Positions 37,419 to 48,455 of a DNA stretch of 64,000 nucleotides are shown one piece after another. The notes under the pieces are model-generated. The model did no database searches. It was not told where the DNA came from and saw only the letters and a list, made by a program, of their open reading frames with translations. The translations under genes were made by a program, and so were the position numbers. Origin of the DNA: Macrostomum lignano (taxonomy: Eukaryota); contig NIVC01000173.1 in NCBI GenBank assembly GCA_002269645.1, positions 248,001 to 312,000 on the forward strand, read 5' to 3'. The first letter of the stretch is position 1, and every line of letters begins with the position of its first letter.

Positions 37419-39404
37419 ATGGTTCGACAAGAAATTGTCCGCACAGCACTTGAGATGATGATACTTATTGCAATGAGTCCGCAATTAGCAACATGCCAGA
37501 AAAGTTGTCCGTCATCCGAATGGATCGAGAACGGAGCGTTTTGCTACCTGCTAGTGAATGGCACAACCGGTAGCAGCTTCGACGAGGCCAGGACGGACTG
37601 TCAGGGTCGGGCGAACGGCGCCGATTCGCTGTGGATCTCAACAAACAGCGAGCTGAGCTGGTTCGAGGACTACCAGGCCAGGGCGTGGAACATTAAGAAG
37701 AACTGGGCGCAATGCACCGACTGTGACAGAGGTACGGAAGCCGCCTGGATCGGTGCCTACAGAGACGATTTGGGAATTTTCCGTTGGATTAAGGACAGCC
37801 AAGCGGTGGAAATCAATTTGTATGTTGTTAAATGAATGAAATGAATAGTAGGGGTCCTAGCTGTAACAGCATTCGCAAAAAATGCAAAAATAATAACTAA
37901 AGACGGCGAAATGTTAAGTAAATTCTCATTTTTGCTTTTCCAGTTAAGACTGAAACTAGCAAATGCAAGCTTTTACGATTCTTTCAGGAATTGGTACTTT
38001 GGCCAGCCTAAGGACACGCCGCTAGATTACGTCCTAGCAGACGATACTGGATCAAGCATCCGGTACCGGACTGACACCAGAGAGGCCAACAGAAAGTTCT
38101 GGCACTTTTGCAAAGTGCAGCACAAAGAACCCACAACCCCCACCCCAATGCCGACTACAACGCTGCCTCCGTACCTCGGTCCGTGTCCAACGCGATACTG
38201 GACCGAGCAGGGCGACTCCTGCTACCTGCTGGTCAAGGGCGAGTCCGGTCGGAGCGTCGATGAGGCCGAGGCAGACTGCTCAGCTCGGAGCTCTAAGGCC
38301 GGACTCTTGTGGATCGAGACGGCAGACGAGGCCGCATGGGTCATGGACAACTCAAAGTCGACATGGAACCTGAAGAGAGACTGGTCTCAGTGCAAGGACT
38401 GCCAGTCCGCCGCTACAGCTTGGATGTCGCTGAGGAGAACCGGAGACGTGTGGACTTGGGGAGCAAAGACCGGCATCGATCAGTCTGCAGTGTCAGTGTC
38501 TCTAGCTAATAGCAGTTTCTCATTCCCTTGCTTCAATAGCAGCATGACTATCTGAAATCCTTGTTTGTTTCAGACGGTGGTTCACCGGTCACCCCAGAGC
38601 GACTCCGAACGACTTCGGCTCGCTGTACGACACAGGAAACAGCAACGATCTTAGTGTGAGGAGCGAGACCGCCGGGTCCAAGATGTGGCACATCTGCAAG
38701 TTCCGGTTCAGAGAAAGCACAGCCGCGAGTTCGCCGTCCGCGTCGACTCAGCCGGAGACCAGCTCCATCGTCACCTCCGTGCCTACAACGACGCCGCCGT
38801 ACGAGGGAGCTTGTCCTTCATCCGAATGGATCGAGAACGGCGTCTTCTGCTACCTTCTGGTCAGAGGAGCGACGGGTAGGAGCTTTGAAGAAGCCAGGAC
38901 CGACTGTCAAAGTCGCTATGCAGGCTCCGACCTGCTGTGGTTCTCTGACCAAAATGAGCTGAACTGGTTCCAGGACTACAGTGCCAGGCAGTGGAACATC
39001 AAACGGGACTGGGCCAATTGCACAGACTGTGTGAGAGGCCTCGAAGCGGCTTGGATAGGAGCTTATCGATCTGCTAAACAATCCCGCACGTTTATATGGT
39101 TAAAGAATGGAATGCAGGTCCAGCTTGGCTTGTATATGTAAGTTCATGTTAAAATACTGAATTGCCTCATGTTTAGCAATGCGTTACTCGTGTCATTTAT
39201 GACTATACCTAATAAATAGTCCTTGTTGCACAACTAATCGAAAACTGTGCATTGCCGCCTTCCAGCTACTGGTGGATCGGCCACCCAAAGCCGTCCCCAG
39301 CGGATTCTGTTCTGATGTTTGACACCGGCCGGGGACTTCGCCTTCGAACTGAAGATGGCTCTTCAGGGCGGCGATTTTGGCATTTTTGCAAGACTGCGAT
39401 TTGA
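37419..39404 (+). CDS. Secreted protein with three tandem atypical C-type-lectin-like domains and Thr/Pro-rich linkers, 4 exons
   Basis: Exons ~37419-37819, 37988-38482, 38574-39131 (or 39137), 39266-39404. N-terminal hydrophobic leader; three repeats of CP..W.E.G..CYLLV.G....F.EA..DC ... WIG/WMS ... FWHFCK; linkers PTTPTPMPTTTLPP and SIVTSVPTTTPP. Donors of exons 2 and 3 are somewhat uncertain. Confidence 0.85.
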
Positions 39405-39849
39405 TAGACTTTATTCGTTTTCCGTTGATAGATAAATTTGACCATTATTTTAGAACAAACGACCTTTTTAAGAACAAATAAAATTTGCTCGTACCGCCGC
39501 GGGGTCAAGAAATAAGATCGTCGTAGACTTACTGCTTAGAAAATAAATTGCTTTTTTGATTTATTTATTGATTACACCTTTGGTTGATTGATTTTTTGTT
39601 ACTTTAATTAATTATTTGATTGATTTATGGACCTATGGAGAGTCTAGGAGGTGATGGTCGCTCGTCCGGTAGGACTTAGGTAACGGGAGGATCTGGAAAA
39701 GATTCTCGGTCCTGAAAAAGTAGGTCCGCATTTGAGCCTAGGTAGTTAGGTGAGCCTTAATTCGCAGATAAACAGATGAATCAAAGTGCTCCGCATTCTC
39801 AACACCGGGAGAGGCAGAATGTTCGCACATCAGTGCGGATTTTTCTCTA

Positions 39850-42328
39850 CGTTAGCGATTTGATATATACATATACCTAGTGAAATGGCCCTTGAAAGTG
39901 AAATACCTAGGAAATCCCGAGTGGAAAAACGGCGCTTGGAAGGGGGGGGGCACTAGCCATGCAGTGAAAGATGTCAGTCGCGCCAGCCTTAACCAAGCAA
40001 TCAGCCAGACAGTTGCTGAGATAGCCCAATGCCATCCCAATATTCCCAATATTGAATTCAACCCCAAAGATACACTTTGCAGGCATAAGCAGGTGATTGT
40101 AAGTTCAAGGGCGTGGATTACCGGCTTCGATTGTTTGATTGAAGGAATGACATCTCCGATCTCCTCCCAGACAACCTTGCAGCCAGCCAGAATATACTAA
40201 GCTCAATGGCTCAGGAGCTGATGGCGAGAACTTCATTCTGGAGGATTGGTTAGAGCAAGTGCTAGTGTTGCTTGGAAAGGGTTGTTGCTCCGGACTCAAT
40301 GCAATACCGGTAGCCAGAGAGGCGATGGACCCGCCGCCAGTGAAGATGAGGGATTTCAGGGGCCGTTGTCAGTTTGTCGTTTGCTCATTTTTGATTTGAC
40401 TTTTTTATCTATACGGTACGCTTCACCCAATGGCAACTTCCAATAGTTCTTCAGACTCACAGCCATCACCAATGCCTAAGTCGCCACCGTCATGCCCTTA
40501 ATCGAATTCCATTCAACTATTGATTCCAATGACATCTCATTGGCCACTACGAGTACATTGCAGTAGTCAAAGGCTGCGCCATCGTCGGAGCTGCGTCGAT
40601 GAGAATATTCTTGGAAAGCCTGATCACAAAATCCAGGAAAGCCCTCAGCGTTTGAAAGTCATGTACGAAGAGACGCCGGCATGTTAGGCTTTCTGTTCAC
40701 CGGGGTCTTAATTTGTCCGGGGGACATCGCAAAGCATAATTATTGTCGCTTTGCGATAACCTACCCTGGATAATCGAAGGCACAACAAAATCGGGCTTTG
40801 AAATATCCTGGGTCTTGAATTGTCCGGGGTGAATAAAGATTGGGATGGCATTTACAAGATAAGGCGCATGTGAATGCGTGGGGCAGACGGACACCATGAC
40901 CATTAAGCGAGAATGGGACTGACTCAGAGTGCTTGGGAGGAGCAGATAATATGCAGTCTAAGAATAAATCGATAATAGACTGTCGTTAAAAGTACCCCGT
41001 ACAAGCGTACATGATGCCATGAATATCAGTGTTACGAGATAAAAGGAATGTGTTGCGCGAATTATAATACACCTATAAACGGACAGCATCTCAATCAAAG
41101 CATTGGAAGAAGGCTGTGGCTCATCGCGCTTCATTCAGCGGATTGCCAGTTTTTGATTTATCGAATTAGATTGGTGAATGGAGTAACAAACTGCTTTTCG
41201 GTTGACAATAGTGTAGCTTTCATTTTAGTTCTTTTTGGAGTGTGTGAATTAAGCGCAAAATTGTCATTGAAATATCATTAAAATATACACAGTTATAGGC
41301 ATGACGCCAACCAGGACTGCCGGTTAGTACCGTTCGAGGAGGGCCAGATCGTAATGCTCCACAACTCCATCATGAAGCGCGGCCAGGCGCGGTGCCTTAA
41401 TGCTCATTCACACCGCTATCAAATGAGGTCAATTTTCGAGTGATCACACAAAATTTCTGTTGACGATTAACTGAGGAGTTCGCTTTAGCACACCACGAGA
41501 AGAGAGAGAGAGAATTTAATCCAGTGTCTAAACGCACGAACTCCCACTTCCAGACCCTAAGCCTGGGAACAAAGTTCAGTGTTCACTTACTGGTACGGGC
41601 TCCTCTTCTTTGTCGGGCAGGTTCTCCGAGCTCGTCTCCTCAAATATTCTTCCTCCGGAGTGGTCTTCTTGAATTCTAGAATCGGCCGAATATGAGAGCG
41701 TAATAACTTAGTCCGTCGACGTCAATATATTCCTCGAGTGCAGAAATCGATATATTCCTCGAGTGCAGAAATCGATATATTCCTCGAGTGCAGAGATGCG
41801 CCCTAATAACAATGTCAACTCTATAACAATAACGAGGTCCTCCGAAAGGGCGTCTTCTTCTAGAAATAACGGAATCGGAGTCGTGTGCTCCTATCGGTTA
41901 CTCTAGGGTACCAAAATCAATCAATCAGTAATCGACTAAGAGTATCGGAATCGGTCCGCAGATCCTATCCAATCCCTTAGGAAAAGGGAGGCCTCAAATT
42001 CAATAACTCAATAAATCGACTGATCAGTAACGGCCGGCAATGACACAGCTCTCAATAATCGAATAACAAAGACTCAAATAACAAAGACTCTAACAAAGGC
42101 TTACCAATTGGTGTTTGCCTCTCTCAGAGATATAGCCTTGCTTCATAGCTCTGGCTAAGCCCAAGATTTCTTAAGGCTGCTCCGAGTTTGAGGTTTCAGC
42201 GATTTCATTCAACCTTGAGCTTCAAACCGGTTTTATTGATAAGAATCAAAAGATGGACTTTGTCTCTTGACCGGTGGGGTTTTACATAGAAAAGGGGTGA
42301 AGCTTGGCTCGCATTTTTAAAATTGACA
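39850..42328 (-). mobile_element. Possible decayed LTR (Gypsy-like) element remnant: one LTR-like segment, PBS-like site, short IN C-terminal piece, decayed downstream ORF
   Basis: 42328-42109 begins TG, ends CA, contains AATAAA and is followed by AT+TGGTAAG. Near 41700 LLRSHIRPI resembles an integrase C-terminus. Broken frames at 40950-39850 end in a hydrophobic stretch. No second LTR found. Confidence 0.35.
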
Positions 42329-42900
42329 TTTACCATATTTGGAAGGATATGTTGAAAACCGGTTTTTTGGACTATGGAATGATCACTCGCTGTTTACGTG
42401 ATATTGCATGTATTAGTGAAAATAGAGTATGACGCATGTTAGTTTGTTATTAGTATTCATGTTTTTATCTTACTACTTTTAGTAGCCTACTAGGCTTGGA
42501 GATCTCTACATAACGAATCTTTGACAATCACCTCAGTTTTTCACGCAATCAACTGACATATACTGAGGAGAATGAGTGGGCTGGGGTTTAGAGGAGGGTG
42601 ACGCAAGTTTTCCAAAATGTTGCGCGAGCAATACTGTGCGCACATATCTCCAGCTGAGCCCAAAATCTTATATATTTTCAGCACGTTTGAGAAAAGGCCA
42701 GCGCTCTTATTGATATAACTGGCGCGAGCTAGCAAAAAACCTAGCATCTACACTTTTCCGATCGTCGTTTTTCCTGTTATTTCGATTGTCAGGGTGCCGA
42801 GGGTCGTATAGAACAGGATTTTATAGCACTTTGTTTACCAGGGGTTTCAGCGGCAACCAACTGGCGCTGCTTTTTTCAAGCTTGCTCATTTCGCTTATGT

Positions 42901-43521
42901 CAGGGGTCGGCGAACTTTTTTTACCCGAAGGGCCAGATAAAGAACCTAGAGCAGGGGTCGCCGAACTTTTTTTACCCGAAGGGCCAGATAAAGAACCTTA
43001 GAGCAGGGGTCGGCGAACTTTTTTTACCCGAAGGGCCAGATAAAGAACCTTAGAGCAGGGGTCGGCGAACTTTTTTACCCAAAGGGCCAGATAAAGAACC
43101 TAGAGCAGTGGTCGGCAAACTTTTTTACCCCAAGGGCCAGATAAAGAACCTAGAGCAGTGGTCGGCAAACTTTTTTACCCAAAGGGCCAGATAAAGAACC
43201 TAGAGCATGACTGCGGTCCAGAGGAAGGAGGTGACGAGAGGGAATAAAAAAAAGAAGGGGGATAGGAGAAGGGAGAGGCGAGGGAATAAAGGAGCAATGA
43301 GGAGAGAGAAGAGGAGAGATGAAATTGGTTAGGAGAGTAGAAAAAAGAAGCGAGAGGGAGAGTAGGAAAGAGTGAGGAGAGGAGAGAGGAGAAAAGAAGA
43401 GGGGAGAGAAGAGCGCTGAGAAGAGACAAACATCGAGCGGGCCGGAATGCTATTGTGCAGTTTCAAAGAACCGCGAGGGCCGGATGAAGAGGCTTTGCGG
43501 GCCGCAGTTTGCCGACAGCTG
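42901..43521. mobile_element. Non-autonomous hAT (Charlie-like) MITE with the left end tandemly amplified 6x
   Basis: TIRs CAGGGGTCGGCGAAC / revcomp CAGCTGTCGGCAAAC (12/15); 8-bp TSD gcttatgt (42893-900) / gctcatgt (43522-29); typical agggccagat and gcgggccgcagttt subterminal motifs. Confidence 0.8.
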
Positions 43522-43859
43522 GCTCATGTGATGGAAAATAACAGAATAGTCAATAACCTGACTGGTGTGATGACCAATCAATTTTAAAACGACAGTCAGA
43601 CTAGACGGAGAGTTGTTGAAATAGAGTGGCTTAAGTTGAATTTTGTGTGTTGCGCAAATTGGGGTGCTGTGTAAGAGGCAAGCGACCAATGTACAGCGTT
43701 TAGTTGATCAACTGGCCCTCGCGTTATTGAATTTGAAAATTTTCTAAGTTAGCTGAGATTTCAAGTGATCACAGAAAAAGTTAGAAATTCTGTGTGGTCA
43801 AACGAGTCGTGTGATTTGGTCTTTCATTTGATTGCGGTGTGAATGAGCCTTTAGCGACA

Positions 43860-44060
43860 CGTGGAAAGGGCCGCACCGAGTTTTAAGACCGGTCAAGCAA
43901 GACACCTACCGCACAAAAGACGAATGGACCGCAGGCGCAGGCTGGTGGTGCACCATGACCAACTCAAGCGTCCGCTGTCGACATCATCAACCCCAGTGAC
44001 AATGCTGCACAGCGCCTCCAAAGAGATCTGCCTACAAGTGGTGGAAGTGTCAACTTATAT
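43860..44060 (+). mobile_element. Gypsy integrase C-terminal fragment
   Basis: RRLVVHHDQLKRPL motif. Confidence 0.5.
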
Positions 44061-44149
44061 GGGGTTGCAAATGGATCTCAACTCCCATCTAGCTCAGTTG
44101 AGTTTGTAACTGTTTGTTGTTGTTTTTTGTCGGGCGGATTAGACTGGCT

Positions 44150-44415
44150 TGCCGACTCGCTCAAACGCCTCCTACTTCTGGCCGCGGCGACAGTGAACGC
44201 AACCCTGTGCCAAACTGTCCTCGTCTGCACCGGACCAATCCTATGACGCGATCAGTTAAACGTAAAATCGCTAACACGCCGAGCGAGTCGGTCCCGACAC
44301 TCTCCACAGAAGAGGTCAGCCAGGCCATTCGCATCTCCCACCCGTCCAAAGCCATCGGTTCTGGTGGATTTGTCCGCTGCTTCTTAAGCATGTTGGGTCC
44401 AAAGCGGTTAAGGAC
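44150..44415 (+). mobile_element. Non-LTR RT N-terminal fragment
   Basis: PTLSTEEVSQAIRISHPSKAIGSGG...LSMLGPK resembles RT domain 0/1. Confidence 0.55.
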
Positions 44416-44419
44416 AATG

Positions 44420-45837
44420 GACCTTCAGACAGCCCTCACAGCAGCATCCCGTTGCCGCAGCCATACCCTTGGATGCTTTGTAGGCGATGGTGTGCTGGTG
44501 GCATTCGCTCCAATGTCACTCGACATGTTGACTTGAGTATTTTGAATCAGCGAAACAGGCCTAAAATTAGTCGACGGGGACACTGTAACAGCCGATGTAC
44601 TTTTAACGGCTGGTGTACTTTTAAAAACCAGCGCTGACTCTGCTGTTGTTATTAATGTTGCTAAGATTGGCGGAGACGGCGGCCCCTTCACTCAATCGGA
44701 TTCGGTCCTTCGATATGAGGCCCTGCTGAATCGCGGCTGCATTCTTGGGTGGGATGAACTTTAAACCGGCTGGCAGGCTGGCGAACTCCCGGTTAGCCGG
44801 CAGTAGGAACAGGCGCTCAGGCAGCTGAGGCTCAACAGGATAGTTGGAGATGAGAAGTTTGCACTTTTAGTCACTATGAGACCAAGCGTCAGGTCGCAGA
44901 CTGCGTGCAACTTTTTATTTACCAACTCGTCGTCTGGGCGTTGAGCATCGTGAGCGAGTCGCATGGACTTCAGCATTCGGAGTAGAAAGCCGAAGTTCTC
45001 GCTTTTGGCCATCAGCGGTTTCAGTAGGAAGCAGAGGCCGCTCTTTAGTCTGCGGTGTGAGATAGAGGGGAGGCAGATTTGAGATGGAGGGGAGGCAGAG
45101 GTGAGATGGAGGGGAGGCAGAGGTGAGATGGAGTGGAGGCAGAGGTGAGATGGAGGGGAGGCAGAGGTGAGATGGAGGGGAGGCAGAGGTGAGATGGAGG
45201 GGAGGCAGAGGTGAGATGGAGGGGAGGCAGGAGTGAGATAGAGGGGAGACAAGTGAGATGGAGGGGAGGCAGAGGTGAGATGGAGGGGAGGCAGATGTGA
45301 GATGGAGGGGAGACAGGGTGAGATGCAGGGGAGGCAGACATGAGATGGAGAGGAGACAAGGGATGAGATTGATGGGAGACAGGAGTGAGATAGAGGGAAG
45401 ACAGGGGTGAGATAGAGGGGAGACAGGGGTGAGATAGAGGGGAGACAGGAGTGAGATATAGGAGAGACAGGGGTGAGATAGAGGGGAGACAGGAGTGAGA
45501 TAGAGGGGAGACAAGAGTGAGATAGAGGGAAAACAGGAGTGAGATAGAGGGGATAAAAGGGCGAGACAGCAGAGAAAAGATGGTTTAGATAGTGAACTCA
45601 CCTAGCCAATTGTTTGGCATCATTTGGCGACTCGAACTTGGGATCATTGGCCAGCAGGTGCACAGCAAAGGGCAGAGTGTACTCTGGCAGCACGGCAAAA
45701 AATGTAACCGGATCGTTGGCAATGACGGCCTGCTTGCTGGCCAGGTATTCCCTGCGGGGGGCCACGCAGCGGCTGTAGCAGGTGCGCACAGTCTGCTGCA
45801 GCTCCATGTCCTCCTCGGCGGCCTCGGGCACGTAGGT
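44420..45837 (-). pseudogene. PDS5: Two-exon fragment of a PDS5 (cohesin regulator) gene, C-terminal region, frameshifted
   Basis: Exon A 45837-45602: RREYL...LPEYTLPFAVHLLANDPKF...KQLAR. Intron 45601-45050 (GTGAGT...CAG). Exon B from 45049: LKSGLCFLLKPLMAKSEN..FLLRMLKSMRLAHDAQRPDDELVNKKLHAVCDL, then a frameshift to YPVEPQLPERLF. Matches human PDS5A RREY..[20 protein letters not shown]...DAQSPD...KLYTVCD. Confidence 0.85.
45055..45560. repeat. 22-bp GA-rich minisatellite in the PDS5-fragment intron
   Basis: Unit gagatggaggggaggcagaggt and variants. Confidence 0.9.
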
Positions 45838-47000
45838 AGAGGCTTCGCTATGTCTGACAGAGCTGGGATAAAGCGACTGACAAAAGCCACAAGGCCGAGA
45901 AAGGACCTCACTTCGAAAGCGTTCTTTGGTGCTCAGAATGATTTCATAGCGCTCGCCTTCTCGTCTGTCGGTTGGATGCCCTTCTCGGACAGGCGCATAG
46001 CAAAAAACTTGACTTTCTTGAAGGCGAACTTGCACTTTGCAGGATTTAAGGTGATTTTTCGTTCTTCTAGCCTTTGCAAGGTTGCCGCTAGCCGCTGGTT
46101 GTGCTCATTGATGGAGCTTGCATAGATTATTACGAGTATGTCGTCATGTACCCAGCGGACTCCTGGAAGCCTGCCGAGCATGCTGGTCATGGCTCGTTGT
46201 AGAATCTCCGACGCTGACGTAAAGCCCATGCACAGGCGCATCAGTCTCATGTCAGCATGTACGTGATGCGAGCCGTCTCGGACGCGGATCTGGTGGAACG
46301 TCTTGTTTATGTCCGACTCGGTGAAGTAGCGCGCACCGGCCATTTCGTCAGTGTCCTCTTTAAAAGTTGGTATGGGCTGTTTCTCGGGCACTACGAACTT
46401 GTTCACATCTCGCAGATCCTGAGTAATGCGCACTTGGCCTGGCTGCGACTTTAGGACCACAACTATTCGTGCCTCGGTCCGGTCACTTTCTAGATACTGG
46501 GTTCACTGGAGCCGAACGGGAAGACCCGCTGCTTTGACTCACGAAGGTTGTCTGCTGTGCCTCCGATGGCCTTGAATGTTTTTGAGCCCATTAGGTTGCA
46601 GCTGGTGTCGCTGTCGATTAGCAGGTCTGTGTGGTATGGCCGTTGATGTCCGCTCTAACGCGTGCAAGCTGATTGGCTGCAGGGTGACGGGGGGAGGCAT
46701 TGTACAAGTGAGGGTCAGAGAGTTGAACTGTGTACAGTCCCCTAGACTTTGTCCGCCTCTTTGTTCAGTTAATTTTTAAAGCGGAATGGGTTAAGACAGA
46801 ATATTAGATGGTGAGCAGTGGGAGAACAGGCTGACGATACCCAAGGGCAGCGCAATAGAGGAAAAATAACTTAACAGACGCGGCCGACGGGCAGGGCTGC
46901 TTGGCGCGATGCTCATCGGATGGTCACGGAGGCGGCTGCAGTCACGGGCGATCAAATTCTCGGATTTGGGTGGGTGTTAGGGGAAGTCGCTAACGATGGG
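45838..47000 (-). mobile_element. Gypsy/Ty3 gag-protease-RT fragment with internal deletions
   Basis: Protease LLIDSDTSCNLM; RT VRITQDLRDVNK, TFHQI, MGFTSASEILQRAM, VHDDILV, LNPAKCKF, VRSFLGLVAFVSRFIPALSDIAKPL; ends abruptly at the PDS5 junction. Confidence 0.88.
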
Positions 47001-47202
47001 TAAGGAAAGGACAGTTAGTGGGTGTTTATTGAGAGAGCCTAATGATCTCTCTGATGATCAATCAAAGTATATTTACTTAATTGTTTGACTTTGTTTGACA
47101 AATCAATATGCACGATTGACTTGATCCAGAGAAAAAGGTGGAAAAAGTTGCCGATTCGGGTGCTGAGTTTCTCGGGGAAGGTTCGGTCTCGCGAGAAAAC
47201 AG

Positions 47203-47285
<83 letters not shown>

Positions 47286-47720
47286 AGAACTCCTCCCACC
47301 CACAACACAGGGGCCAAAATGGGGGGGGAGGAGTTAGATGGCACGCCGATAGGACAGGTCCCTCAAAAAGTCACACCCGCCAGACTGCTCAGAGGCGCTA
47401 TAGCGTCCTTTTACAGTCTGTCAATGTAGCAAGCCGGTTTGCCCTTGGCCTCGCCTGTGCGGTCACTGCAGCTGAAGCAGCAGCGCACATGTCATGCAGC
47501 GGCTCCCGCGGCAGCGAGCTTCCGACCGGATGACGTGGCCAGCCATTCGAAGTCACCGCTCGCGCAGCAGGTCAGGAAGGCCGCGTCATGCTTGCCCTGT
47601 CGTAAAGCGCGGAGTTCGTCTTGGTGTCCAGGCCGCTGCAAACTACAGAAGCAGTACGCACTATGGCCGCAGCGCAGCGTCCAGCTGCCTCTCCAGGGCG
47701 TCCGTTCGTATCTGAAGATT
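47203..47720 (-). mobile_element. 5'-truncated RTE-clade copy with a long (TTG)~27 tail
   Basis: Broken frames ALERQLDAA, NSALYDRA, LRMAGHVIRSE, RRGQG, SYRRAI* (stop 47334-32); (CAA)n at 47203-47284 on +. Confidence 0.8.
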
Positions 47721-48064
47721 TCACCCTAGCCAGAAGATGGGTAGGAAATTATATGAAATGCCCAGGCGCAGTGGAGGGTGAGGCAGAAAAGCACAATGGA
47801 CACCCAGACAGCTATTAGAAAGGCAAAAAGAAGCAGCATTAAAATCACTCGATCAACTGTTAAGTCAAATATGAATGAGCGAATCCAATAAAATTGCCAC
47901 TTTCTATTCCAGTGAGCATACAGCGACACGACACCCCGCCGCGGGCACAATGGCGCTCAAACTGGCCGAGACAAGTGAACCGAGGAGATCGAGGCCCAAG
48001 TCAAACAGGCACGAAGTTAAAAAAGATCGGCACGCGACACGAATCTGGGCGAACTCTGAGAGGG

Positions 48065-48455
48065 CAGGGGCGTCGCCAACGGGCGGACAGGGGGAACCAT
48101 GTTCCCCCCCCCCCCAGTAAAAGATTTAAAAGATCTGGTGGGGGCATGCCAATGCTTTGTCCCCCCCAACCCACCATGTGACCCGTTATGGAAATCAATA
48201 ATTTTGCGGCAGGGTGACAAAATACTAAGCGCCTGCGGCGCTAATGAGTGCCGGTGGCGCTAAAATGAGTGCCGGTGGCGCTAAAATGAGTCCCTGCGGC
48301 GCTAAAATGAGTGCCTGCGGCGCCAAAACGAGTGCTGACAACACTGATTCTGAAAATAATGTACATGTAGGAATTTAGTCGTGTTACATGTGACACATGT
48401 AGAATTCTTGGCTTTGTCCCCACTCCACCAAAAAAATCCAATGGCGACGCCGCTG
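48065..48455. mobile_element. hAT-type MITE
   Basis: TIRs CAGGGGCGTCGCCA / revcomp CAGCGGCGTCGCCA (13/14); degenerate 8-bp TSD tgagaggg / tttgaggg; internal short repeat ggcgctaaaatgagt. Confidence 0.65.

Noticed and set aside
47085-47533. PolyQ / polyT / polyC ORFs
   Set aside because: Arise from the (TTG)n tail of the RTE copy at 47203-47720.
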